DNA of 64,000 nucleotides from the NCBI GenBank assembly GCA_020343435.1, contig CP070794.1, positions 126,413 through 190,412 on the forward strand, given 5' to 3'. Made by a program: the position numbers and the translations under genes. The DNA is from an archaeon. Its GTDB lineage: Archaea; Nanobdellota; Nanobdellia; Pacearchaeales; UBA284. Positions 34,734 through 45,105 of this stretch are shown here, piece after piece. The number at the start of each line of letters is the position of its first letter. Positions within the stretch are counted from its first letter, which is position 1. The notes under the pieces were generated by a model. The model did not search any database. It was given only the letters and a program-made list of their open reading frames with translations, and was not told the DNA's origin.

Positions 34734-37514
34734 CTAAAGAATGAATTCTGGCACTTCATAAGGATAAACTATTATAGCACAAGTATCATTCCCATTATCC
34801 CATTTATCCTTACATTTAATATAATAAGGATCACTAATCTGCCATGGTGCTGAGTGTTTAAACTTATCTGCTGAGGACATTGGAGTCCCATCACTAAAAT
34901 TATATGCACAGGATCCCGATCTTAAACTGTAAACACAACTTGCTTCATCATCTGTTTCTATTACTAAACTATTTCCAAAAGCTCCAAATGCAGGATCATT
35001 CATATGATACATTCTAATAACTTCTGGAGGAGTAATATCTTTAACAATAGAGAAAGAAGTTGTAAAGTGATTAACTTCTAAATTACCAGCATCTCTACAT
35101 CTTACAAATAAATAATGTGGTTTTCCTTCATCGGGGGTTGCATTTAATTCTTCAGATACAATTCCAATATGTGTTTGTGTAAATACTTCATCTAAGAAAT
35201 TCATCTCATCCCATAAGATATTATTAACTGCTCCTTGAGTCCATTGCCTTGTATTAATCAAATACTTACAATAAGTATTGTGAGAAGTATTAACAACTAA
35301 CTCTGGTTGTCTTTCATAAGTTTCATAACTATCATTCCATGGAGGTTGAATAATCTCAATATCATAAGGTGGCATTGCAAGTAATGAATAAGGAACTGGA
35401 GGCATTTCATTATCTTCTTCATCTCTGCAAACAAACATTAATCTGTATAAACCAATGCTCTCATTTACATACTCAAACTGTTGCATTAGATCAAGTATGT
35501 GACTAATATCTTCTGAAGTTAGATTATTTCCATACTTTTCTCTTAAAGTTTCTTCATCCATACTTAAATCAATTTGTTCTCCACCATGTGTTAAATCAAG
35601 AGTTAAGTTAGCATGAGTACATTCTCCGCTAGTTACTAAACATCTTCCAGATTCATAAGGAGAAGGATTTGCTTTAACAAATTCAAATTCTTGTCCAAAA
35701 CTTGTCATATTATCCCAATCTACTGATAAAGGAACTGTATGTAATGGAGTACTATACCTGCACCTAACTTCATCTTCATCAAACCATAATTCAATTTCTT
35801 TTTCAGGAAGATTTGCTGGAATAAAACTCTGCCAAGGATCTATATAACATCTTCCAGCATCATGAGCTGTGATTAGATCGGGATAACAAGGATATCTCCA
35901 ATCTGGTTCATCTTCTAATTCAAACTTAACTTGATAAGGATTATCTTCTGGTTGATGAACTGCACCACAAACATCTTGACATTTTATAAAGATAGTATAA
36001 CTTTCTCCAGGGACCAAACCATCTGTAGGAGCATAGACATAATGTTCTGATGAGAATAAATCAGGATCAAATGTAGACATGTTTTCAAATGCTTGGTCTT
36101 TCTTAAAGCTCCATCTACATTTTGTAAACTCTGAATAAGGATTTGCTTCAGCAGAAGTATCTACATATAGTTCTATATATGCTGTATCCCAAGCAATTTT
36201 TCCTAGATCAACTCCCCCACTACTTCCTCCAGTCCAATCTTTATCTCTAACAACAGTTCCATTAATATCATATGCTATTGCATTTAGATAGATTATCTTT
36301 GGACTTCCTCTTTCAGGACAATCTCCAGAGATACATATAACTCTTCCAGGATCCTCTGTTTCAGCAGTAATACAATTAGGTCCTAAAATTGCGCATCTTT
36401 CTTCTGTACAAAAGAATCCTTCTTCATTACAAGATTCACATTGGCTTTCTGTTAAAGGTTGTTCAGGTGCGCAAGTTCCAACATGTGAAGCTAGTCTTAT
36501 TGAAGTTGCTATTCCATAAGTTAATGAAAAGATATCTACAACATACTCCCAAGCGCACCATCCATATCCAATATGTTCTCTATCACTACAATTGATTATT
36601 CTTTCCCAGAAAGATTTCTTTTCTTTTTTTCCTTCTTCAATCTCTTTTTGGATGTTATCTTTAATTTCATTGGCATTTTTATCATAATCGGTCCATGCTT
36701 CCCAAAACTCATTTATTTCTTCTTCTGTGAGTTCAACAGGTTTGCCTGCTACTTTTCTTTTAAGTCTTTCTCTTGTGCTTGTTGAAAGGCCAAGTTTATC
36801 TAAAAGAGCATTCTCTCCTCCTTCTTTTTCTGTTCCAAGTTTAAAAGCCTCTTCAATTTGTCCACTGATTTTATCAAAAACTCCCTCTTTTAATTGTGTT
36901 TCAAATGGGGATAAAATAGAATCTATTAACATTGAGACTAAAGGATTTCTAACAACATTTCCAGCACTACCAACTCCTGTTGCTGCTGGATTTGGATTTA
37001 ATGCTGAACCTTGATTATTGGTGGTTCCAGTAACAGTAAAATCTATCCTTTCTGGAACTGCTGTAGCATAAGAAACTTCATGTATCGGTAAGGTACCATG
37101 CATCTTATCTTTGTATACTTTAAGATTTTTTAATTCTACATAAAAAGTATCACCAACAGATTGACTTGCTTTTATCTTAAAACTAAAAGAATATTCTCTC
37201 CCCTCTCCTTTTTGTAATCTTATTACCTGGGGAGTTTTGGCTCCATTATGAACAATTAATTCTCCTCCTTCTAGACCATCATAATCTCCAGGAACTGTCA
37301 AAGAAATGATAATAGCATTATCTTGGCCCCTTTGGATTGTTTGTGGGGAAGCAGTAAAACTAACTTCTACATCTTCAGCAAATGAAAATGGTGGGATAAC
37401 CAGAGTTATTAAAAAAACTATCATAGCTAATGCTATTATTTTTTCAGCTGTTTTTTTATTTTTTAATTTCATGTTATGCATTCTCCCCACATTGTGTTTG
37501 GAGGGTGTACGCAT
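34734..37514 (-). CDS. Large secreted protein (926 aa) with N-terminal signal/TM anchor and many Cys; unknown function
   Basis: MKLKNKKTAEKIIALAMIVFLITLVIPPFSFA signal-like N-terminus. Numerous Cys pairs (..CSDREHIGYGWCAWEY.., ..CESCNEEGFFCTEERCAILGPNC..). It overlaps the upstream Cys-rich gene (37469). Confidence 0.5.
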   Translation of the reverse strand: MRTPSKHNVGRMHNMKLKNKKTAEKIIALAMIVFLITLVIPPFSFAEDVEVSFTASPQTIQRGQDNAIIISLTVPGDYDGLEGGELIVHNGAKTPQVIRLQKGEGREYSFSFKIKASQSVGDTFYVELKNLKVYKDKMHGTLPIHEVSYATAVPERIDFTVTGTTNNQGSALNPNPAATGVGSAGNVVRNPLVSMLIDSILSPFETQLKEGVFDKISGQIEEAFKLGTEKEGGENALLDKLGLSTSTRERLKRKVAGKPVELTEEEINEFWEAWTDYDKNANEIKDNIQKEIEEGKKEKKSFWERIINCSDREHIGYGWCAWEYVVDIFSLTYGIATSIRLASHVGTCAPEQPLTESQCESCNEEGFFCTEERCAILGPNCITAETEDPGRVICISGDCPERGSPKIIYLNAIAYDINGTVVRDKDWTGGSSGGVDLGKIAWDTAYIELYVDTSAEANPYSEFTKCRWSFKKDQAFENMSTFDPDLFSSEHYVYAPTDGLVPGESYTIFIKCQDVCGAVHQPEDNPYQVKFELEDEPDWRYPCYPDLITAHDAGRCYIDPWQSFIPANLPEKEIELWFDEDEVRCRYSTPLHTVPLSVDWDNMTSFGQEFEFVKANPSPYESGRCLVTSGECTHANLTLDLTHGGEQIDLSMDEETLREKYGNNLTSEDISHILDLMQQFEYVNESIGLYRLMFVCRDEEDNEMPPVPYSLLAMPPYDIEIIQPPWNDSYETYERQPELVVNTSHNTYCKYLINTRQWTQGAVNNILWDEMNFLDEVFTQTHIGIVSEELNATPDEGKPHYLFVRCRDAGNLEVNHFTTSFSIVKDITPPEVIRMYHMNDPAFGAFGNSLVIETDDEASCVYSLRSGSCAYNFSDGTPMSSADKFKHSAPWQISDPYYIKCKDKWDNGNDTCAIIVYPYEVPEFIL

Positions 37515-39607
37515 CTTAATCCTTCACGGCATTCTGAATCAGCAGGGCCCTTTATAGATATACAAGAATCTCCTCTTGATACAGAATTAAGTTCTACACA
37601 AACATCTTGATCAACTCTATTGACTACTGTAGTTCTACACTGGCCAGATTTACAATCACCATCACTAGAGCAAGGATCTGATCGCTCTTTCTTCTCTTCG
37701 GTTTGTTCCTCTTCTTTTTGTCTATTTCCATATCGTGGATTTTTTGAATAAAAAGGATTGTCAATATATCCAATTAAATCTACTAAAGCTAATGGGCTTG
37801 CTTTCCACATAAATTCTAAAGTTAATGGACCATACTTACTATATTTCTTGGTGAAACATCTTCCGTATTCTGCTAAGTATCCTCCAGGAATAGCAGTGGA
37901 ATGTAATGCTTGGACAGCACATTCTACTGGGATTAAGTTTAATCTCTCGAGTACTGTTGTTGGATAAAATGTTAAAACCCCTGTTCCAGCACTTAGCCAG
38001 AAGTTTTTCTGGAATTGATAATTTCCAAGACTATAACACTCTCCAGCATCACAAACATTCCATAGATCATCTCCTCCTTCTCCACATTTTCCTGCCTCCC
38101 AATTGGTGACTCCAGGAGGATAAACAGGAACACAGTTTCCATATTCTGTTCCAGGGAATACTCCATGCCAATCAACAACATACATACAATCTCCTGCTTC
38201 CATACATGTATCTCTATTACATCTATCAGAGATCAAAGAACCTAAACTTATGCTTAATAGATAACCTGTTGGCCAAAATGGTCTAAACACATCTCCTATC
38301 CACTCAATAACTAAAGAATTTTGTCTCCCACACGAAGTACAATTTTGCCAAACATTAGCTTTTTCCTTAGCATAACCATATCCACTCTCACTAACAGCAG
38401 GTTGGCATAATGTGTTTCTATCTAAACCCATTCCAAAAACTTTTAATTCCCCCTCTTCACATTCTAGATATTGATTTTGCAATCCTGTACTTCTATCACC
38501 CATCCTTGCAATATCTTCTTTTCCTTCTCCTCTCTCAAAAGAACCATAATAATTATAACACTTTTGTTCTCCATGCCTTAAACTAAAAGGTTCATCATTT
38601 ACTTTGGTGACAATTCTTTTATTGGTTTCAAATCCCCAGAATTTTGCATCAATAACTTCAATTTCTTGACTACCTTCTAAATCTATATTATTACAAGAAA
38701 CTTGTTTACAATAAGGATAAGTTTTTGCTACTTCATCTGAAGTATCATCATCTGAAAGAAGATTGCAACTTTCTTCTTTACAAATTTTACAAATATATCC
38801 TTCAGCAAAATTACAACTATTATAATTTATTTCATCTCCCAAACCATTTGTAAAATTTATTCCCAACCCAGATTCAGGAGCACATCTTTCTTGTTGCCCT
38901 CTATTATCATATAAACATATTTTATTTTCATCTCCTAATTCATATTGACCACAAGAAATTCTTTGTTCACCAACATTATCACAACCAACAACTTCTGAAC
39001 ATTGTACTCCTTTAAAGAAATCTTCTACAGTTCCCCCCATATCTGCACATTGTTCAAAATTAACATAATAACATCCATCTGAAACTTTACAACATCCTTT
39101 TGATTTGCTTCTACAGTTAGCATATGTCTCTGTTTGACATCTAGCTCTACAAGAAGTATAACTTTCTCCTTCTTTGCATTCACATTCTGTAAATTCAAAT
39201 TCATTTCCTGCTGCTAACTCTTCACAAATTTTATATTGTTCAGCTTGACAATTAACACTACATCCTCCTAACTTACATGCTGGAACCTCTTGTAAATCTG
39301 TTACTCTAGCAACATGTCTACCATAAACCTCACATTCTGCTTTATATTTTCCTAATTCACACTGTCCTTCTCTTGGAACACAAGCACCAAGTTGACAAAA
39401 ACTAACTTTAGAACAATCTGTCTCTAAAAAACTTGGAAAACTTTGTTTTCTTGCTCCAGGAGCACACAAATCATCTGTTGTTTCAACACAATATCTCCCA
39501 GCATTGTCTTTTTCACAACAAACAGGTGCAGGAACAGAACTAACATTAACTGTAAGTATGATTACAAATATAATACCTATCAATAAAAAAATTCCTGCTT
39601 TTTTCAT
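37469..39607 (-). CDS. Giant cysteine-rich secreted protein (712 aa; about 9-10% Cys by eye)
   Basis: Signal peptide MKKAGIFLLIGIIFVIILTVNVSS, then a dense Cys pattern throughout (..PVCCEKDNAGRYCVETTDDLCAPG.., ..CKICKEESCNLL..). Confidence 0.5.
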   Translation of the reverse strand: MKKAGIFLLIGIIFVIILTVNVSSVPAPVCCEKDNAGRYCVETTDDLCAPGARKQSFPSFLETDCSKVSFCQLGACVPREGQCELGKYKAECEVYGRHVARVTDLQEVPACKLGGCSVNCQAEQYKICEELAAGNEFEFTECECKEGESYTSCRARCQTETYANCRSKSKGCCKVSDGCYYVNFEQCADMGGTVEDFFKGVQCSEVVGCDNVGEQRISCGQYELGDENKICLYDNRGQQERCAPESGLGINFTNGLGDEINYNSCNFAEGYICKICKEESCNLLSDDDTSDEVAKTYPYCKQVSCNNIDLEGSQEIEVIDAKFWGFETNKRIVTKVNDEPFSLRHGEQKCYNYYGSFERGEGKEDIARMGDRSTGLQNQYLECEEGELKVFGMGLDRNTLCQPAVSESGYGYAKEKANVWQNCTSCGRQNSLVIEWIGDVFRPFWPTGYLLSISLGSLISDRCNRDTCMEAGDCMYVVDWHGVFPGTEYGNCVPVYPPGVTNWEAGKCGEGGDDLWNVCDAGECYSLGNYQFQKNFWLSAGTGVLTFYPTTVLERLNLIPVECAVQALHSTAIPGGYLAEYGRCFTKKYSKYGPLTLEFMWKASPLALVDLIGYIDNPFYSKNPRYGNRQKEEEQTEEKKERSDPCSSDGDCKSGQCRTTVVNRVDQDVCVELNSVSRGDSCISIKGPADSECREGLRCVHPPNTMWGECIT

Positions 39608-40431
39608 TCTCTACTTATAGCAAACTGAAATTTAAATGGGTTTTCTCCATCTCTTGTTGGTTCTGATTCTAATATAACAACTCCAACATTAAATGAACTT
39701 GGGTGATGTATTCCATTAATCTTGATATTTCTATGTTGTTCATATAAAGCAGTTTGGTAATGTTGCTTTACTAATCCTTCAAATTTCTCTCCTGCAATTT
39801 CTGAATTAACAATATCTTGAGCAACTTCTAAAAGATCCTTGAATGGAATGGATAATATAACATCTTTTTGATTAATTTTTTGAGTTGTAGTTCCAGTAGC
39901 ATATTTTTTTGAAACAGTTATTGGCCAATCAACACTTATAACAATTTTATCATTAGTAATCTCTGCTTCAAAATCTTTTTCTTCAGGTTCTACTCCAATT
40001 TGTCTTTTAAAAGAAGAGAAATCGTTTAAACAACTCTCAATTTCTTCGTATCCTTCTTCTTCTAAGGCTAACTGGAATTCTTGTTCTATCATCTCCAAAG
40101 AAGGTAATCTATTAACTAATTTATTTCCACCAAATTTATCCATTACAACAACATATTGGTCTTCCCCCCACAAAAACGCATAAACATGGCTCCATCTGTA
40201 ATAACCAGCTTGTTTTCCTAATGTAATAAAAATATTTTCACTAGTTTCAGAAACACAATCATAAATAGCATCTCTTAATGGTTCAATTTGGCTTGCCAAA
40301 AGTTCTCCTGCTTTTTCTTCACTTGTAAATCTGTCTCTAATAGAAGGCCATAAGAATATAGCAATTAATGCCACAGCAACAATGATCACTGCGATGATTA
40401 TGAATAAAGTAGTTTGTCCTCTTTTATACAT
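39604..40431 (-). CDS. Pilin-like protein with class III signal peptide (KRG|QTTLFIIIAVIIVAVALIAIF), 275 aa
   Basis: Canonical basic residue, G, then Q+1 and a hydrophobic helix. First gene of the operon with the two Cys-rich secreted proteins. Confidence 0.5.
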   Translation of the reverse strand: MYKRGQTTLFIIIAVIIVAVALIAIFLWPSIRDRFTSEEKAGELLASQIEPLRDAIYDCVSETSENIFITLGKQAGYYRWSHVYAFLWGEDQYVVVMDKFGGNKLVNRLPSLEMIEQEFQLALEEEGYEEIESCLNDFSSFKRQIGVEPEEKDFEAEITNDKIVISVDWPITVSKKYATGTTTQKINQKDVILSIPFKDLLEVAQDIVNSEIAGEKFEGLVKQHYQTALYEQHRNIKINGIHHPSSFNVGVVILESEPTRDGENPFKFQFAISRE

Positions 40432-40481
40432 GGTATTCTTAACATCTGAGCGTTTATAAAATTTTCTTCAGTCAAATATAC

Positions 40482-41213
40482 CTAATCCTCTTCTCCACGT
40501 GGAGCAAGAATAAAACTCAATTCAAAATTATCTGTTTTAAATTCAAATCTTGCAGGATACTCGTTAGAATAAAGGACATTAACTCTATCTGCAAGTTTGG
40601 ATGCTTTAGCAAATTTAACAAGATAATCTAAACTATATTTTGCTTTTGAAACTTTTTCTGTTTGTATTTTAACTTCGTCTGAACTAAACTCTGTTTTTGA
40701 AGAATGCAGTGTTCCTTTAGCTTCAATAACAAAAGTGTTTGGATCTACATTAAAACTGCAAGAATCTGCAACAATGGCAGCATCATTAACTATATCTAAA
40801 AAGTTTAAAGAATCTATGCCAACCAAAGAATCAAAATTAAAGTTAGAAACTTTCTTCTCTTCACCCTCAACATTGATTAAAGCTAATCTGAAAGTTCTCT
40901 TAGCCTTATCTTCTATATGAACCTTTAATGAATTATCTTCTCTTTCTAAAGATAAAGAAGCGCTAATAGGAACTCTTCTTAATACTTGTTTAAAATCTTC
41001 TAGATTTAATCCTAAAACCTCCTCCTTATCAACCTCAAACTTAGAAAAAGTTTTTGTTGGAATCTTTAAACTAACCAAAGCAACATTAGCAGGATCAACA
41101 GCAGAGATATAAAACCCATCTTTAGTAATCTTGGCATTTACCTCTAAAACTAGTTCTGAGATTAGAGAGACAATATCTGTCAGAATCTTGGGAGTATCTA
41201 ATTTTAATAACAT
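40482..41213 (-). CDS. pcn: DNA polymerase sliding clamp PCNA
   Basis: 243 aa; ..FKQVLRRV.. and the overall two-domain pattern typical of archaeal PCNA. Confidence 0.85.
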   Translation of the reverse strand: MLLKLDTPKILTDIVSLISELVLEVNAKITKDGFYISAVDPANVALVSLKIPTKTFSKFEVDKEEVLGLNLEDFKQVLRRVPISASLSLEREDNSLKVHIEDKAKRTFRLALINVEGEEKKVSNFNFDSLVGIDSLNFLDIVNDAAIVADSCSFNVDPNTFVIEAKGTLHSSKTEFSSDEVKIQTEKVSKAKYSLDYLVKFAKASKLADRVNVLYSNEYPARFEFKTDNFELSFILAPRGEED

Positions 41214-41312
41214 GCTTAAGAGATATCGCTGGAATTTTTAAAGTTTGTTATACTGTAAAATTCACATTCTACCCTCAAAAAACTATTTAAAAAATAACTC
41301 CTGATCTCAAAC

Positions 41313-42653
41313 ATGGAAGTTGAGAAGATAAAACGAATTGCAAGAAAGTATTATTCAAGGAAAGATATCCAAAAAGTACTGTTTGAACAAGCTAAGAATA
41401 GAGAAATAATCCCAAGATATGTTAAAAGAGATGAAAAAATGGTGACTAAAGACACAATTCTTATGGGAAAAAGACCAGATACATTAGAATATCTTGGGGA
41501 TTTGATAGGATATGTGGAAAGAGGAGCTACAAGTTTTCATGTTTCTGAAGAATTTTGGCAAGACCCTCTACAATTAAAAACAGCATTAACACAACAGGCA
41601 CTTAACAAATTAAGACTAGGTTGGGATTTGATACTAGATATAGACTGTCCCTATTTAGAATATAGTAAGATAGCAGCTTTTCTGTTGATAGAAGCTTTAT
41701 ATTTCCATGGGATTAAAAAAGTGGGATTAAAATTCTCTGGAAAAAAAGGGTGGCATATTGGAGTTCCCTTTGAAGCATTTCCTAAGAGAGTCCAAAACAT
41801 AGATGTTAAAGGATTCTTTCCAGAAGGACCAAGGATTATAGCAGCTTATTTGAAAGATATGATAAAAAAAGGTCTTGCTGAAAGAATGTTGGAGATGTCT
41901 AGTCTAAAAGAGATATCAAGATCAATGGGAAAACCAGAGAAAGATCTTTTGGATGATAAAAATCAGTTTAATCCTTATTCTGTTTTAGAAGTAGATACTG
42001 TTTTGATCTCCTCAAGACATCTTTATAGGATGGCTTATTCATTACATGAAGTTTCAGGATTATCTAGTATAGTTATTAGACCAGAGCAATTAAGATCCTT
42101 CCATATTGGGTGGGCAAAACCTGAAAGAGTTTTACCAAAGCCATTTTTACCTGTTCCAGAAAAAGAAGAAGCAAAAGAATTATTAATCCAGGCTTTAGAT
42201 TGGGTAGCTAGACAAGAACAAAGAAAAACTTTTGTTAAAAAAGAAAAATTTTCTCCAGTAAAAACTATTAAAATAAAAGAACTTAAACCAGAACTTTATC
42301 CTCCTTGTATTCAAAATATTTTACCAGGAATAAAAAAAGATGGTAGAAAAAGAGCATTATTTGTTTTAATAAATTATTTCCGTTCATTAGGAATGGAATT
42401 CAATGATATAGAAAAAATATTAACAGACTGGAATAAGAAAAATTATAATCCATTAAGAGGGGGATATGTGAAAACTCAATTAAACTGGTTCAAGAGACAA
42501 TCTGTAAAATTACCTCCAAACTGTAAAAATTATTATCAAGACTTAGGAATTTGTTTTCCAGATAGTTTATGTAACAAAATAAAAAATCCTGTAACTTATG
42601 TTGTAAGAAAAGCTAGATTTTCTAAAGTGAGAGGAAAAAAGGCTAAAAAATGA
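41313..42653 (+). CDS. Single-chain DNA primase: PriS catalytic core fused to a PriL-type Cys-rich (Fe-S) C-terminal domain
   Basis: PriS motifs ..WDLILDIDCPY.. (DxD) and ..FSGKKGWHIGVPF.. (SGxRGxH). C-terminal 4 Cys (..PPCIQN..PPNCKNYYQDLGICFPDSLC..) and a ..RKRALFVLINYFRSLG.. helix resembling the PriL-CTD. Confidence 0.65.
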   Translation: MEVEKIKRIARKYYSRKDIQKVLFEQAKNREIIPRYVKRDEKMVTKDTILMGKRPDTLEYLGDLIGYVERGATSFHVSEEFWQDPLQLKTALTQQALNKLRLGWDLILDIDCPYLEYSKIAAFLLIEALYFHGIKKVGLKFSGKKGWHIGVPFEAFPKRVQNIDVKGFFPEGPRIIAAYLKDMIKKGLAERMLEMSSLKEISRSMGKPEKDLLDDKNQFNPYSVLEVDTVLISSRHLYRMAYSLHEVSGLSSIVIRPEQLRSFHIGWAKPERVLPKPFLPVPEKEEAKELLIQALDWVARQEQRKTFVKKEKFSPVKTIKIKELKPELYPPCIQNILPGIKKDGRKRALFVLINYFRSLGMEFNDIEKILTDWNKKNYNPLRGGYVKTQLNWFKRQSVKLPPNCKNYYQDLGICFPDSLCNKIKNPVTYVVRKARFSKVRGKKAKK

Positions 42654-42707
42654 AAATATCTGTTTTTTAACCGAAAACATTTTAAAGCTCTCAAGCTTAA
42701 AAGACAC

Positions 42708-45053
42708 ATGAAAAAAGAGTTGATAGTATGTATATTAGTTGTATTATTACTTTTATCACCAGTCCTTATTCATGCTGAAACAGAACAAGAACAAGTTGAT
42801 AAAGCATATTCTTGGTTAGTTAACAACACTGTTAATAAATGGGATGGATTAAACACAAGACAAAATGCCTTTTCTTTGTTGGCTTTAGGATGTAACACAA
42901 CATATAAAATTCAAGGCAATGATTCTTTATGGGAAAGAAGTTATAGTTCTGGAGGAAGAATATGTTGGGCAGAGAATACAAGTTCTCCAAACTGTGAGTT
43001 GGTTGAAACTTCTTTGGCTATCATGGCTTTAGATGAGATTGATGAGAATTACACAGATGCAAAGAATTGGCTTGTAGAAAGAAATAAAACACAAACTGAT
43101 CTTTATTGGTATTTACAATTAGATGTTGAAAGAGATTACAATGCAACATGTGAAGTTTATTATTTGGGAAGAAATGACTCTGTACAAATTAACGAAGATA
43201 AAACTGTTGCTTTGATCAGTGGTTCTGAATGCTTAAATGTTTATCAGCCAAATCAAGATTATTATTTTGAGTTTACAAGAAATGAAAGATGCCTTGGTGC
43301 AACTTATGAAATAAAATGTTTTAGTAGTTCTCCTTACTTTACTGCAACCATGCTTTACAAAAACACATCTGCTGGAAGACAATGGTATGTTTCTTCAGAA
43401 ACTGGTGTAGGAATCCCTGGAACAAGAGGAGAAAGAGGAGAAGAATCTGATGTTATTGAATTACAAGTTCCAAGTTATTGTCTAACTGAATTAGGGAGTA
43501 ACTCATGTAGTTATGAAGGAACTGCTTGGGGAGCTTATGTTCTTTCAAGAATAGGAGATACAGATTCAGCAAACATGTTCATACCTTATCTTGTGATTAA
43601 TGCTGAAAGAAATCCAGAATTATTCCCTTCAGCATTTTTAGCAGCATTGATTGATGGAAGGTTTACAGATGAAGCAGCAAATTTACAAAGAAATGATGGA
43701 TTCTGGATTATACAAAATGCTGGAGGTGGGGTTTTATATGGAAGATTATATACCACAGCTCTAGCAAAATTAATGTTAGGTTCTTCAGCTGATTTTACAA
43801 AAGCTAAAGAATGGGTATTAAGTAAACAAAAAGATCCAGGTTATTTTTCAGATGCTGATGTTGTTGGAGGAGAAGATAGACTTAGAGATAATGCTTTTGT
43901 GTTGTGGACATTCTGGCCAGATCAATGCCCAGGATATGGTGGGGGTATAGGAAACGAATCTCAATGCGAAAGAAGAGGTGGAATCTGTAGGCTTTCTTGT
44001 GATTCAAGAGATGAAGAAAGAACATGGGATTGTGATTCAGGATTAACATGTTGTGTTCCACCAGGAGGAGGATTAGAAAATTGTACAATGGCTGGAGGAG
44101 CATGTAGGATAGATGAATGTGAATCTGGAGAATTTTTCTGGGAAACTGGTTTCTGTGTAGAGGAAGACAGAATTTGTTGTAGAGATTATTTTGATTTCAG
44201 ATGTGAACAGCTTGAAGGGGAATTCTGTAATTCAACTCAAACATGTAGTGGAGAGAGAGTAGAAACTGTTGATTCATATGTTGGTGGTTCTGGATTATGT
44301 TGTTTGGGAGATTGTTTGGGAGATGATCCTAGCAACAAATACTGTTATGAAATTGGAGAAGAATGTGATCCTGGTGAGACCTGTATTAATGATGCAAGAA
44401 TAGAAATAGGATTTACACAAACCCTGGATGGAGATTGTTGTACTGGAAAATGTGTAAAAGATGATTATTGTAGTAGTATTGGAGAAGAATGTTCTTCTGG
44501 AGAGTGTAGGGGAAGTATTATCAAAACAATAGATACTGATGAGTGTTGTGATGGATCTTGTTTACAAACTTGTGATGACCTTGGAGGAGAACTCTGTTTA
44601 ACTGGCCAAGGATGTACTGGAAGATTTAGAACTGCTTCAAATGGGAGATGTTGTATTGATGGAACATGCACAACAAGTCCAGGAGAAGAAGGAGGATTCT
44701 CATTAATATGGATAATAATCATAATAATAATTGTAATTGTAGCATTATATTTCTTTGTTTTCAAAAAGAAACCAACTAAAAAAGAAGAAGGAGAAGATCT
44801 GTTTTCATTTACTAAACCAAAAAGACCACCAACACAACCACCAGCATTAAAACTACCACAACAAAGACCATTCCCCCAAACAAGACCACTACCAAGAATG
44901 CCAATGATGCCAAGACCAACTTTAAAACCAGCAACATTACCTAAACCAAAAACAACTACAACTAGAAAAACAACAACAAGGAGAAAAAGAACAACAAGTA
45001 AAACAGATCTTGAAAAGACATTAGCAAAGTTAAAGAAATTAACAAAAAAGTAA
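42708..45053 (+). CDS. Secreted, C-terminally membrane-anchored surface protein: prenyltransferase/squalene-cyclase-like alpha/alpha-toroid repeats + Cys-rich CC-G-C repeats + TM + basic Pro/Thr-rich tail
   Basis: Signal peptide; ..LQRNDGFWIIQNAGGG.. (QxxDGxW repeat motif); repeated ..GLCCLGDCLGDD.., ..GDCCTGKCVKDD.., ..DECCDGSCLQTC.., ..GRCCIDGTCTTS..; TM IWIIIIIIIVIVALYFFVF; tail PKRPPTQPPALKLPQQRP..TTTTRKTTTRRKR. Confidence 0.55.
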   Translation: MKKELIVCILVVLLLLSPVLIHAETEQEQVDKAYSWLVNNTVNKWDGLNTRQNAFSLLALGCNTTYKIQGNDSLWERSYSSGGRICWAENTSSPNCELVETSLAIMALDEIDENYTDAKNWLVERNKTQTDLYWYLQLDVERDYNATCEVYYLGRNDSVQINEDKTVALISGSECLNVYQPNQDYYFEFTRNERCLGATYEIKCFSSSPYFTATMLYKNTSAGRQWYVSSETGVGIPGTRGERGEESDVIELQVPSYCLTELGSNSCSYEGTAWGAYVLSRIGDTDSANMFIPYLVINAERNPELFPSAFLAALIDGRFTDEAANLQRNDGFWIIQNAGGGVLYGRLYTTALAKLMLGSSADFTKAKEWVLSKQKDPGYFSDADVVGGEDRLRDNAFVLWTFWPDQCPGYGGGIGNESQCERRGGICRLSCDSRDEERTWDCDSGLTCCVPPGGGLENCTMAGGACRIDECESGEFFWETGFCVEEDRICCRDYFDFRCEQLEGEFCNSTQTCSGERVETVDSYVGGSGLCCLGDCLGDDPSNKYCYEIGEECDPGETCINDARIEIGFTQTLDGDCCTGKCVKDDYCSSIGEECSSGECRGSIIKTIDTDECCDGSCLQTCDDLGGELCLTGQGCTGRFRTASNGRCCIDGTCTTSPGEEGGFSLIWIIIIIIIVIVALYFFVFKKKPTKKEEGEDLFSFTKPKRPPTQPPALKLPQQRPFPQTRPLPRMPMMPRPTLKPATLPKPKTTTTRKTTTRRKRTTSKTDLEKTLAKLKKLTKK

Positions 45054-45105
45054 ATATGTTTCTATAATTGAAAAAGTTTATTAATACTATAGATCTAAAA
45101 ATAAG

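Noticed and set aside
45054-45105. Possible mobile-element boundary between the two tandem surface-protein paralogs
   Set aside because: No inverted or direct repeats or transposase are seen. An ordinary AT-rich intergenic promoter region is the simpler reading.
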